64,000 nt of DNA, taken from assembly GCA_023920165.1 (NCBI GenBank), contig CP089274.1:3286001-3350000 (forward strand). The letters run 5' to 3'. The position numbers and the translations under genes are program-made. Within the stretch, counting starts at the first letter, position 1. Every line of letters begins with the position of its first letter. The notes under the pieces are model-generated. The model was not told the DNA's origin and did no database searches. It was given only the letters and a program-made list of their open reading frames with translations. Of the stretch, positions 12,271 to 24,633 are shown in pieces. The DNA is from Curvularia clavata (Eukaryota).

Positions 12271-13661
12271 ATGAGTACCTCGAGGCAGCAATCAGTTCCA
12301 TCTCAACCACCGCCACCTGTAGCCGACCAGTCTTCGACGCACAGAGCAGGATGGCCAGATATGTTCGTCAAAATGTAGGTTATTCATCGGCCTTTTATGT
12401 GAACGTTCAATATTGATGATTTCAAAGGCTCGAAGGTTTCGCTCTTAGGTTAGATGTCGGATCGAACGAAGACCTCCGAACGTTTATCCTCCCTTGCTCT
12501 CTCCTCGCGCAACATTCATCGTTCGTACACACATGCTTGTTTATGTCCCATCATTCCTTTGAAAGCGTAAAGAAACGGAAACTATCACAAATCAGCCATG
12601 AGGAGGGCCCGACAGAGAACAAAGCTAGAACCAAAGGAGCCGACGTGGTGATAAAAGTTGAGTCAGATACTGATGGGAACGAGATACGAGACGAAAAGGA
12701 GAGGCTGAGAGCTCATATCCTGCTCCCAGATGCAGATCCCGTTGTATTCGGTCTCTTTCTTCACTTTATCTATCAAAATGCATACCCAAACAACGTCGAC
12801 GCAGTCATGCCGTCTGTACTCCGTCAACAGTACTCATATCATCCTCCGGCATCGAACTCAGTTCCTCAGGTACCACACCAGCATCCGAGTGTAGGGCTTT
12901 CTGGTCGCACCGAATCTGCTAAACACCCACATATATCCCTTGGAACTTCTTCAACGACGAACCTCCCCGGTACGTCCACCACAGCGCAACACGGCTCTGA
13001 AGCCAGCACTAGCGCTTTCAACCACAAAGCCGCAGACAAGCCCACGCTTCCCCCTCTAGCCCCACGGCCTCCATCTATCCCTTCGACATTTCCCTCGCTC
13101 ACCCCAAATCCAACTCCGCCGCCACCTTCTAATCGCCAGTTCGTAAACACCATCGGATGGCTTAGCACCCTCCCCACAAGCGTCCACGCGCACTTTTTAG
13201 GCTACCGTCTCGGTGCTTGTTCCTTCATAAACTACACTCTGAACCGTATTCACAGTGCAATCGGGACCAGCTTCAGTCTGACACCGGGCTTAATCTCTAC
13301 CATCTGGTACCGTACACAACTTGTACCGGAAGCGCCCCTGCGCAGGCTCATACTCGACTACCTAGTCATGTACTGGTCGCATTCGGAACCACATAAAAGG
13401 GCGTTGTATATCTATCCCGACGAACGCGGATGGGAGATGGTGTTTGACTCTTGCAAAGACGTGAGAGATTACCTTATTCGTGGAATGCAGAACGGGGTCA
13501 GGGTGGGTAGCGCGGAGGCGTATTACATCACAAAGCAGATGATGGCCGACAGCAACTGGGAAAAAATTGGTGTGGTTCAGCAGGATGGTACCAGTGCCAG
13601 TGCTGGTCCTCGTACTGGTCCTGGACCTGGTGCTGGAGAGGGGGCAGCTCAGGGTACGTAA
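12271..13661 (+). CDS. Divergent BTB/POZ-domain protein with a Pro/Ser-rich insert
   Basis: Exon 12271-12374, intron 12375-12427 (GTAGGT..AAG), exon 12428-13661. BTB-like segments LRLDVGSNEDLRTFILPCSLLAQHSSF and ILLPDADPVVFGLFLHFIYQNAY, then APLRRLILDYL. Confidence 0.7.
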
Positions 13662-14481
13662 CGGTGACGACTATGGATCTCGATTAGTATGTGGGGAGAG
13701 GGGAAGACACGATGTGCTTCGAGAGATCGAGAGTTTTCGATTCAGTGCTTGAGGATGGCGATTGGTTTCCTTTCATACCACTCATTGGTCTATCGGAAAT
13801 TTTCTATGGGCAGGCTTGACCTCAGTAGCTCAGTACTCAGGCACTGCTATTGGCGGTTCCTTCGGAGGAAAGGTTTTCTGGACCGGTCAAGCTGAGCAGG
13901 AAGCTTCCCCTAGCTAAAGACAATGAGTGCTTTTACAGATTGCATGTGTGCTGAGTATCAACCTCAGCCTAACAGTCGAGTTTTCTTCGAGAGTATGTAT
14001 CATAGGTCCCAAAATGAACCTTTTTTTCTTTCGTATCTTAAGGTACCAACCGACTCGTAGCCTCAAACAGTGGTCACTCATTTATCTATTACGCTGATTA
14101 ACATAAAACTCAGTGCTCTGGCACTGTGAATCAGGTACAATCACCCAGCAACTAGGCAGTCTTTCTTCAGAACTATCATGTACATTGAGAGCCAATTTTT
14201 AATCTACAAAATGCCAGTGGAGTTACATTATTGAACTCTGGCCAAATTTATGCTGGCCTGGTAAACAAAGTATCAGTGCTGTGGCACTAGACCCTGAATA
14301 CCAACGCCTAGCATACTGGGTAGAATCCCTTCAAAAGCACCATATTCATCGAAAACGAATCCTGCTTCCTCGTCGCAGAATACCAGCTGAGTCGTGCCAT
14401 CCACCTCAAACCACTCACTCAATCTCCTGATCAATCCTGGCAAAACCCTAATCTCCTGCCATATACATAAAACCAATTGCT

Positions 14482-16761
14482 TCAATACTTCCAAGCACCC
14501 GTGGCCCTCTCCTTCCATTCCCTCCCCATATCCATCGCACACTTCCTGCAGCACACCAAGCGGCAAACCGCAACTTCGCACTCCCAAACCTCTTCTTCAA
14601 CATCCTCGCCACACTTGTTACAGAAAACGGGTACACGAATGTGTTCCTTGCGGCCAGCAGGGGTGCGGAGATAAGGGCGAACTTGCAGACTGTTGATGGT
14701 GGCTTCATCGGGGATGGTCTTAAGGTTGATGGGGTGGAGGATATGGCCGTTCTTGATGCAATAGTGATCTTTTGATGATTCGTGTGGGGGAGGAGGCGGG
14801 ATTCGAAGGGGTGGAGGAGGGTGCTTTAAATGGGGGGCTGCAGGTATCTGTGGGCTGGTAAGCACGTGGGCGTCGGGGCGTCTAGGTAAATGACGTTGGT
14901 TGGTGCCATCGTACGTGGAGTTCCATTCCTGAGACAGGATGCGCGAATTCTCGCGCGGAATGTTGACTCTGTGGGCGTTATGACCATGGTTGTGCTTTTG
15001 GAGGGTGAGATGGCTGGGCTTGATGGTGGGCTGGAGGGTGTTAGTCGGTTGACTGACAGTTGAGGGGTACTTACGCACCTTGACTTCCCGAGTGCGTCCC
15101 TTGAAAGGGCTGGGATTTTCCTCGTTCTGGAAAGAGTATGTTGCATTGAGAGGTAGCTTTGTTCCGCTGGGTGGTACGGGGCTGGTCTTGTGACTGGATG
15201 GCATCGCATGCTTCTGTTTCCTCGGCGGAATGTCGACAAGCTTGACCATACCCGGTGTTACTCGTGTGATAGTCATGACCTTGGCTTCGCAAATGACAGG
15301 CTCTTCTTCCAGATCAATGCTGCTGCGAATCGAGACCAGGTCCTCCTCATCTTCGTCCTCAGATCCGTCGCTATCAGACTCCTCAAGTGGCAACAAATCC
15401 GGTCTGATCGCCCTGAACTCCGCTTTCATCTTACGGTGTGACTCTTTCAAAGCACTAACTTCCATATCCATTAGAGCCCTGGAAACGTCGTTCTCATATA
15501 ACTTGGCCTTGTATGCGGCAATGTTTGCTTCGGTTGGATCGAGAAGGAGATCTTCTACTCTCTGTAGAGGACTACGGATGGGGATGGTGGCTGACAGCTG
15601 ATGACCGTGTCTTTTCAAGTCAACTTCGTCAGCAGATTTGACGGCAAGTTCTGTTCCTTTGGTACCGTTGTTTTCTTCGGGACCTGTTTCTGGCGGGGAG
15701 AGGCATTCTTGATCCAACTTGAACCAAACCTTTGATTGACGTAGCGACGACGTGCGAGACGGTGGCCGGAAGCCGTTGGGGTATGGAACGTCATCTTCAT
15801 ATTCGGATATGAGCTCCAACTCGGTATTGTGTTCGCGATCGTTGTAGGAATCATGCGACTCGTCATGCGATGCTTCTGTGATAGGCGGCATTCGATCAAG
15901 CGACTTAGGGGCCTTCTTGCGCTTCCGCCTGGGAGGGGTTTCGGCAACCGGTCGGGGAGCTGATAAATGTGAAGGCAGAGAAGCTTGGAAATCGGAACCA
16001 CTGCTGTGGTAACTTTCGCATTCTTCTCTTAGGCGCAGTGTTGGAAGCTCGATCCTAGATCGCTCCGAGTCAGTTTCATGTTTGATGCTAGACACATGCT
16101 TTGGCCGAAAGCCTAACATTCGTTGCACTTTCTCAGTGCTGGCTTCCCAAAAGCCCTTGACCGCCTTGTCGGTATCGGTTTCAGCGCCTTGTTCTTTGGG
16201 TTTGGTATCTTTTACCGGCCAGGCCTTCAAACTGGTCAGTGAAAATGAAGACACTTTTTGTTTGAGAGTTGGAGTTGATGTTACCAGTACTTCATCAAGT
16301 TCATCGTCGTCCAAATCTTCGCTGCCTAGAGATTGACTTCGGGTCCTAGTGCGATCGCGTTCAAACCCGAGCATTTCCAAGGCTTTGCTTGGGGTATCTG
16401 GAGGTAGAGGAGAAGACACTGTATGGGGGGACGTAGGCGAGCTTTTCGGTCGATCATTGTCCTTGAACTTGAAGCTAAATAGGGGATGCTTCTTCTTGCC
16501 GTCTGTCGATGCGCTTGAGTCACTTCCAATCGAGGCCGCAGATGAGTGTTTACATGCGACGCTATCGGTGACCGCGGGAAAAGATTGGAAGGAAGTCGGG
16601 ATACTCGAAAGTCCTTCTCTATCGGTACGCGGCTCCAAGGCGATACTACCTTCGTTGTCCGCCAGAGTGAACGGCTCACGACTGAGCTCCGGTGTGGTGT
16701 TCGAGCGTTGATTACTGGGTCGACGCGTGATACGGCGGCGATTCTTCTTGTTCTTGCCCAT
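14482..16761 (-). CDS. Hypothetical, largely low-complexity protein with a C-terminal Cys/His-rich putative zinc-binding domain
   Basis: 808-codon ORF. Likely start MGKNKKNRRR at 16761, alternative ATG at 16908. Probable in-frame intron 15031-15078. C-terminus HYCIKNGH..FCNKC..WECEVAVCRLVCCRKC. Confidence 0.75.
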   Translation of the reverse strand: MGKNKKNRRRITRRPSNQRSNTTPELSREPFTLADNEGSIALEPRTDREGLSSIPTSFQSFPAVTDSVACKHSSAASIGSDSSASTDGKKKHPLFSFKFKDNDRPKSSPTSPHTVSSPLPPDTPSKALEMLGFERDRTRTRSQSLGSEDLDDDELDEVLVTSTPTLKQKVSSFSLTSLKAWPVKDTKPKEQGAETDTDKAVKGFWEASTEKVQRMLGFRPKHVSSIKHETDSERSRIELPTLRLREECESYHSSGSDFQASLPSHLSAPRPVAETPPRRKRKKAPKSLDRMPPITEASHDESHDSYNDREHNTELELISEYEDDVPYPNGFRPPSRTSSLRQSKVWFKLDQECLSPPETGPEENNGTKGTELAVKSADEVDLKRHGHQLSATIPIRSPLQRVEDLLLDPTEANIAAYKAKLYENDVSRALMDMEVSALKESHRKMKAEFRAIRPDLLPLEESDSDGSEDEDEEDLVSIRSSIDLEEEPVICEAKVMTITRVTPGMVKLVDIPPRKQKHAMPSSHKTSPVPPSGTKLPLNATYSFQNEENPSPFKGRTREVKVRKYPSTVSQPTNTLQPTIKPSHLTLQKHNHGHNAHRVNIPRENSRILSQEWNSTYDGTNQRHLPRRPDAHVLTSPQIPAAPHLKHPPPPLRIPPPPPHESSKDHYCIKNGHILHPINLKTIPDEATINSLQVRPYLRTPAGRKEHIRVPVFCNKCGEDVEEEVWECEVAVCRLVCCRKCAMDMGREWKERATGAWKY

Positions 16762-17488
16762 GGTAATGATCGTGCACTTTGCAGCACTGGCAGAGTCTGA
16801 GCTGAGTATTACGCTGGCTGCGGTACTGACGAACCCGTGATAGGCATTCGACAGCAAATTTCTGGGTTGAAAGGACTGTTTCTGGGTAAAGTCAAAGGTT
16901 CTGCTCACATGGTGGGCCGACCGCCAACCTCACTGAGAGCAAACGGAGTGTGTGGCCACACGACGGCGGCCGAGGACAGGGAAGGCACGGCATGAAGGTG
17001 ACGTCGCCAAAAGAGACGGTGAAAGAGCGGCGAAGGAACAAGACTTGAGGCGCATAGATTCAAATATTGCTACTCGTAAGCAACAGTGCATCACATGAGT
17101 ATACCGACAGTGTTTAGTTAGAGACAGGAAGCAACGGCCCCGACAACACCAATGAAGCGTGACGAAAAACGGTAAAGGGTCAGAAGGAAGGAACCAGATT
17201 ACAACTATATACTTCTATAAAATATTCGACATCTGGGGTATCTTGTGTATACGCAACGGTGCTACAACATGTCATCATCCGTGTGCCCGTCTCTGTGCAC
17301 CCGTCTCAAACCCAACGTCACGTAACACCCAATGCATTCTCGACCAAAAGCGCTTGAAGGATCTCGAGAAAAGGAATATGCGAACGAGATTCAGAACCAC
17401 CGAGGGCAATATGTCACACGCTGAACGTGTCCATCAACTACTCTTGTCTAGCCTTCCACCTGGTCTTGTGCAACGATCTAGTGTGCCT

Positions 17489-20400
17489 CTATTTGTCGCC
17501 CTGAGGGCTACTCAATTTGGCAACCTGCTCAGCGACGCCACTACTGCCACCGCTCGCTTTGCTACCCTCCGGCGAGGCAGAAACGTCCACAGCATTTCTC
17601 AATCCAACTCCACTGATCCGGCCCATAGGTGCTTCGGTTGAATGGGATGCCTGTTTGCCGTCTTCGTGAGTGGTTGCTGGTTCAATGGACTCGATCGAGT
17701 CCGGCTCAGCGGTCAAGATAGGAGCTTTGTTCTTTGGGCTTGCACCAAGGCCTCTATGAAGTTCAACACCAGGCCCGTGGAGAAAGTCGGAGATATCTGC
17801 TTGACTGGTGCCCTTTCCTTCGGGTGTCCTGGGCGGGAACTCAGAAGGGCTTCGTGGACTTTTTGGGTTATTAGGCTGGAAGAACCGCTGGACAGCGTTG
17901 CGATCGTCGATCTCGTCTTCATCATCGCTAGTCTCGTTGAAGTAAATGCTGTCCCAGTCACCAGACCCTATGCTATGAGTCGAGTCGGTTGTATTGGATC
18001 TCTTTGGAATTCTCAGAGTGGGCGGTTGCAGAGGCGTCAACTCGTCAGCTACCTCACGCATCTCACTGTCCGAACGCTCAACAGGCGGGTGCTGGTTTTG
18101 TTGGTCCTTGACGCGCTCTCCATCTTTGCCAATAGGCTTGTCCATTGGCTGTGCTCGCTCAGTAGCAGGCTCAAGTTCAGTGCGTGTGTTAGCCGAGTAT
18201 GTATCGGCAAAGTGCGTATCGCAAAGATGCTTGATGACAGGCCATCCGTACGCGTTGGCAAACATACGGCGTACTATGATGTTGTTATGGGCGTCAGGTT
18301 CGAGCCTGACCAATACCTTACGCCACGAGAGATCTCTATGATAGGCGCGAGCAATCTTCTCTTCCACACGCATCACACTTTCGTCAACGCTCGCTGTCGA
18401 TGTCTGGCTGGTAGAGCTTTCACCCGAGAAATTGCGCGTTGGCTTCTTCTTGACAGGTGGCGGAGGAATATCTTCGGGATGATAGATCCTGTCATGAAAT
18501 ATGGCGCGGGCTCGGGTGGTTGGATCATTGATCCACGAATGTGGAGGTACTGGTGGGTTGATCAAGTCACCAGCTGACTCGAAGATCGTCGTCTTTGGTG
18601 GCGCCATATTGCTTTGAGGGTTATCAACAATGGAGTCACCACGGGTCGCTCGGGGTCTTTTCTTTTGCTGGCCAGTGTGCGACGAAGATGATGACGAGTT
18701 CTCTGCCTCGGGAGGTGATTGCTCGCCTTCATCGTCCTTGTAGATGGTCTGACTTCGCGAGAACATCTTCTTGTCGCGCGAAGTATGTTTTCCTGTGGGC
18801 CTGATATAGCTCCAGAGCTGCATCAGGGTATTTTGTGGCTGGAAATACTGGTACTCTCCGCCCTTGCCTTCTGGGCTTTTCTTCTGCCCTTCAATCACTT
18901 GATGTGCTGCTGAATCTATCGAAGGTACTTGCTCTTCGTCCTCCTGATTGGTGACATCAGCTCCTGGCAACGGTACGGCTGTATCATCACCCTGAAACGT
19001 TGGAGAATCGACTCCTGAACCTTCATCGTCTGCAAAGCCGATCCTAGAAGGATTGGGTGAAGAGTTCTGTCCCGTGAGTTGACCATAACTCCACACAGCG
19101 ACAGTACCGATAAGGCCGTTTTCACGGCGGGCCTTTTCCACTCGACCCAGTCCTCTCCAGTCAAGAAACAAGAGACAGCTTGTACGCAATGGCACTATGC
19201 CATCGTTGACAACATTCGAGTAGACAGTGCGATTCCGGAACCTCCGCAGAACCTGATGGGCGGGTCCTGTGGGGAGAATGCGTAGTAGGGGCTTAGCGCC
19301 AGGGTCCTCCTGGGGATCTTGGGCCTGGGTCCCAAACACATTGCCCATGGCAGTCCAGCCACTTCTGGCTAGTGTTGGTGCTCTCCAAGTCAATCCCAGG
19401 TCCTGCCCCGTTCTGCCGACCAGTCCGAAATCCAATGCAAACTTGACGTATGTAGGGTTTTCGTTACTCAAGCCCAAAAATGGAGACGCCAGGGCGATAA
19501 AATTGATAGGCTTGATCGTGTCGAAGAAGTGAGGCGAGTGCTTGTGAATATATGCAATAGCGTACGTTTGTACAAGGCCACCAAGAGAGTGGCCGATAAA
19601 GCTGATACTGGTGAACTTGTATGCACGTTTATCCCGGCCTTTGAACAAGTGATGTACGCTACTTCCTTGGTGAGCAGGAATGCCCTCATCTGCCTTATCT
19701 TTTGTTGGTGAGAAGGTATTAGAAAGCTTTTGGCTGACAGACTTCTTGATCGGAAGGTATGGTTGGTCGGGGTATGTTAGACGCAAGACGTGTTTGGCAA
19801 GTCGCTTCCCCAGGTACTGGATACCTCGTTCGGTCCGGATGACGTTGCCGTCAAAGCCGCGTACAACGACTTCCTCGTCCTGATCTTCGTCTTCTTCCTC
19901 AGGATCGGATATCTCGTCTTGACCACCAGATAATGGTGCTGTTGATGTGTCCTTGCCTGCAGCCTTGCTTTTGGCATCTTTCTGTTCCTTGCGCCGCTGC
20001 CGCCGACTTTCTCGCGCCTGCCTTGCTGTCGCATCGATGCTCTCTTTCAGGTACAACATGTCTGCGCCGAGGTTGCTATGTAGTCCGTGTGTTACTATCA
20101 CAAGATGTATGTTTTTTCTTTTCCGCTCGCGGATCTCTTGTGTATGGTCCCGGTCGTCACTGTGGTCTTTGGAATGCCTCTCGGTCCCTTGTTCCTCATC
20201 TTTCCATTCCGGCAACTCGGGCTTATTCCACAAGCTTGTAGTATCGTCGACTACCAACTTGACTGCCTTAGAGTAGACCCCCTTGGGCTGGGCTGCATGA
20301 TTCGAAACATGTTTCTGGCTGCCCTGCTGGTGATCCTGGACCTTTCCTGGTGTTCCGTGAGTGTTTCCTGTAACGGCGGTGAAGCCCAGGTCGAGGGATC

Positions 20401-20938
20401 GCTCGTCGCGTGCCACGAGTAATTCGTAGCTTACCGACGCCGAATTGGAAAAGATGATCTGTGAAGCAATCTCGATTATCCAAGTGACGCTCTTCGGGGT
20501 GGCGTTGAAGTCTGGAAGCTCGGTCCTTGCATGTTCAGGAACCGTCAATTTTGTATTCCAGTATCCCCCAGCCTTCACATTGGGCTCAAAGTCTGGGGCG
20601 CCGTAGATTTTGACATTGTCGTTCTTGACGTTGGGGTTGAAGGTAGAGGGATAGGCCGAGACGTGAATAGTATACGGTCCATGGAGATATGCGGCGCGCA
20701 GTGGTATGGCCGACGAGTTTCGTATGCGGACATGGAGAAAGGGAGGCGGCGGCAATATGCGGTCTTCGGATGGCGTATATGTAAGCGTGTATCTGCACAG
20801 CGTCTTAGCACTGTTGGAACACGGAGGGTTTGAGCGCTCTGGCGTGCTCTAAGTCATGCTACACATATCTACGCATGCCTGAACTCACCTCACAACCTCG
20901 CCCACTTTGACGCTCCCCTTTTGATGCAGCAGCAACAT
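17489..20938 (-). CDS. DUF676 putative lipase/serine esterase (Rog1-like alpha/beta hydrolase)
   Basis: Exon 20889-20938 (MLLLHQKGSVKVGEVVR), intron 20793-20888, exon 17489-20792. Motifs HLVIVTHGLHSN, SISFIGHSLGG (GxSxG), LASPFLG, NDGIVPLRTS, DAHNNIIVRR. Confidence 0.9.
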
Positions 20939-21947
20939 TTTGAGCGCACGCTTCTCCTCGGCTTGTAGCTCTTTGCGCGACTTTGTGCACACGAAGAATG
21001 AAGGCTCTGGGAGTTTGCGACCTGCGTCGGCGATTTGTGCGTTGGAATAGGTGCGAGGCGTGAGAAGCATTTAGCGGATCTAGCGGAAACGGTGACAGCC
21101 AATGGACAGCAGCCGCCAGCGCGTCATAGGGCTTGCGGAGGCGTCGCTGGTCAAATCGTAATTGCTATGTAACGGGGATAGCGGAGAGCATAAGTGGGTG
21201 CTAGAAGAGGGGACGATATGGCGTCGAGGTTGACGATCTGGACTGGTCACGCACGCGCTTGCTCGCAGGGTCATGGCACGTCATTTGCTCGCGTGGCATG
21301 CGCGTCGCACGAGGTCGCTGCCAAGGAATATGCACAATGACCGCCTTCAGCCTCCCGTGAGGCTTGTATACGCCTCGTCGTCTGGGGTGAGATGCGACAC
21401 ACGACACGCCAAATAACGGACGTTGCGGACTGTCCACGCCAAGAAAACCTTCGTACGTGCCGGATCCGCCTCCACCCGGCCTTCGTACTCACTACATTCG
21501 CCCACCACCTGAATCGGTCTTGGTCGCTGTGCTGGCATCAGCAGCTGTCGAAAAGAAAGTCAGAAATATGACGTGCTCTCAAGCTTGTTGCACAAGAAGC
21601 TTTGACTCCAAAGAAGAGAATCCCATTGCCCGAGTCCATTATGAATACATCAGGGCTTTTTTTTATCTGCTTCCCAATTACGATATTCAAAACAACTCAA
21701 AATCCAGGGCATCCGTGCTGGTCGTGAACACCACTCCAAGAGCCAAATTCGTAAGCTATGTCGTGTATCATCAATGACGTCGGCTCACTAGCGGCATTCC
21801 ATGTCCGTCCGTCTTCTGTGCTGTATACTAAATTTATTTTTTGAGTCTGACATAGTTGCATGGCTGAACTCACATCACACCTTACGCGCATGCGGTGTAA
21901 TCAAGTGATCTGCCATTCTGGTCTTGCGAAGCTATTTTCTGCACCAT

Positions 21948-23241
21948 TTACTCGGCAAATAACGATTGCAAAATCAATCCATATGCGTCAGCCGCCTGCA
22001 CTAGTTCATCCTGGCTCAACATCTCGTCCGGCGTATGAGCGACCTCGATTGTGCCCGTGCCAAACAGATATCTCTTCTCTACCTGTGGTAAGCTGGGAAC
22101 ATCCGTGCCATAAAATACCGGCGCAACCTCTAAGCCCTCAATATCAGTATCCAGGATCTGGGCGACGCTTGCGGCTCCAGAGTATGTAATCTCGAATGTA
22201 GCGTTGGCTTCTTTTGCGCGGCTGGCAATGGGGGAAAGCATACCAGATACCATTTCTTTGACAACGTCGGCTGCGTCATCTTCACTTCGTGCCACCCGGA
22301 TCACCACGGTTGCGTTGGCGTTGGCAGGTACAACGTTTCCGGCAACCCCGCCTGCTATGAGACCAGTATTTAGTGTTGTAGCGCCCAGCAGCTCACTTTT
22401 GGGGAGAGCAGGTTCCAGCGTGTTCAGAGCATAGATAGCATCAACAATGTAGTTGATGGCGCTTACACCAAGCCACGGATAGGCTGAGTGTGAAGCTTTA
22501 CCCACAGCTTTGAGGGTCACGCTGAAACTGCCTTTGTGCCCGCTCGCGAGCTTGCCTTCGGTTGGTTCGCCAAATATGCCAGCGCGGAAGGTCGTGTTGG
22601 ATGCATACTGGGCAAAAGCCTTCATTCCCGCTCCGCCGGTTTCTTCGCTAACAACAAAGAGCATGCCTAGTTTGGTTGTTTCATTGCGAGACTGCAGGAA
22701 TTTGTGTGAGGCGATAATCATTGTTGCGACTGGGCCTTTGGCGTCAACAGTACCCCGGCCGGAATGGTAAATGGTACCATTTTCCTCAATACGTTTGAAT
22801 GGGTAGAATGGCGGCACCTGTATTTTCGTGAGCGGCTATGTGCAATGACCACGCTCCAGGTACTATGCGTACCGTGTCGATATGACTGGTGATGAGAACT
22901 TCAGGCCATGCTCCCTGATCCTTCAACTCTTGTGGGTAGGCAAATATGTTGTAAGTGCCTGTATCACCGACTGGCACCTGTTCCACATAATACCCCAAAT
23001 TGGTCAGATAGTCCGTCACAAACTCTGCGCACTCTACTTCGTCCCCAGAGATGGAAGGGATATTGACCAGTTTTTCATGAAGACTGAAAAGCTCATCGAC
23101 CTCACCCGTAGAGAGTGACGTTGATAAACTCGATCCTGACGGGCTGGAAGTGCTCAAAGCAGACGGGGTTGGTGAAGCCTGAGGTGCTGCGCTGACGAGC
23201 TGGAGGGCAAGCAACCCTATGAGGGGGTTGAGTAAGACCAT
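21948..23241 (-). CDS. Secreted M20-family metallo-peptidase/amidohydrolase (ArgE/DapE-like)
   Basis: Signal peptide MVLLNPLIGLLALQLVSA, intron 22818-22872. Metal/catalytic motifs SHIDTVPP, GRGTVDAKG, VSEETGG, GEPT, GHKG, AHTPDE. Confidence 0.9.
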
Positions 23242-24633
23242 GATGGCGGTTGTCTTGCGCGTTCGAGTAACGTTAAAAATACGATGTGGATTTCGTGAGT
23301 CCTTTGTTTGCTTTTATACTTGGACATTAGCCTAGGCTATGCAAGTAGTTTCCCACGTCGGGTTGAAGGAAGCTTTCCTTGCCCTGTTATGGACCATTTC
23401 ATCAAGTGGATTTCCAACCGCAGGATATGCGAGAACAAGCATCTCAAAGGTTGGCATACGTTGTTCGTCATCGGGGCTTGTAGTGATTGGATAGGTACAT
23501 GGTCATACCAAGACTTTATGCAGCTACAACATGGATAACGGCCTCTTCAATAGTCTTTTTGACGTGACCCACCATGTCTAGACATAATCCAAATAGACGC
23601 AATTTGGTTGAGGTAGCTAAGCTGATGAACAGGAAGAAGGCAACTTTGTTTATGTAACTAGGCGGTCGTCGAATTGCACAGTTATTAATCTATACAGTCA
23701 GTTGAAGTTTACTCGAATGATGTCAACTAGCAGCGATGTTGCAAATGCGGGGTGAAGAGCAGTTATCGGATCTAGGATTTGACTAAGCGTGATCTTGGCA
23801 GCCATGGCGGCATGAGAAGCGTCTTAGGTGTTCGAGTGTCCTGCCCATTTGGGTGAGGTGAGTGGGTGTGCTGTTGGAATCTTTAGATGTACCGGATATA
23901 CGCGCAGACATGTACAGATAAAAGCCGAAGGCGACCAATAAGAATAAGGCGATCAACCTGCGACTAGGCCTCGAATCGTCCGATATCGCTGGTATCTCAT
24001 AATGATAAAAGTCTGTACTCTTTTTTCGATGCAAAATACCAACTCAGTTGAGGAGGGACAGTCGCAGATGTGCATTCTTCGCTTTGCTCCTATTGGGTAC
24101 CTCGCGATCAAGCGTCCGCACACAAATGGATCGCTGGCACGAAAAAGAGAACAAACGTTTGAGAGATACTCAAAAGAACTAAACGCACCCAGATGAAGAG
24201 CTAAATCAGCAAAAGCCTCTTTGAAATATATAGCTGTTCGGAGTTTCAAGCGCTATCCACGTTAGGTGACTCCTTCTCCGGTTGCTGAATCTCAAGGACC
24301 GTCCACAGAGTACAATGACGAAAGCCATGTTCGAAAATGCAGCCACAATTCAACTAAACGGCTCACAAGTGCAATAGTGGCAATTCTCGGGTGGTAATAT
24401 GGTTGCAAACCAACTTGCAGGCGATGCACAGAAACACAGGACCGAAGCGGATACTAGCGCGCCGCTCTTGACCGACTGACGTGCACATCACCAGGCCGCT
24501 GGGGCTACTCCACACCTCCGCCGTGTACCCGTGCTAGGCTTGAACTTTCGCTACTTTTGCTTGCGGCTCCCTGTGTGCTCCTTCGCCCTCTACACTTACA
24601 CCACCGCCTAGATCCTTTTGAAGCCTCGCCATC

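Noticed and set aside
17642..18577. 311-aa + strand ORF
   Set aside because: Antisense shadow of the DUF676 gene.
23783..24330. Short minus-strand ORFs between the M20 and REEP genes, one with a hydrophobic stretch
   Set aside because: I could not build a consistent spliced model or recognise any motif.
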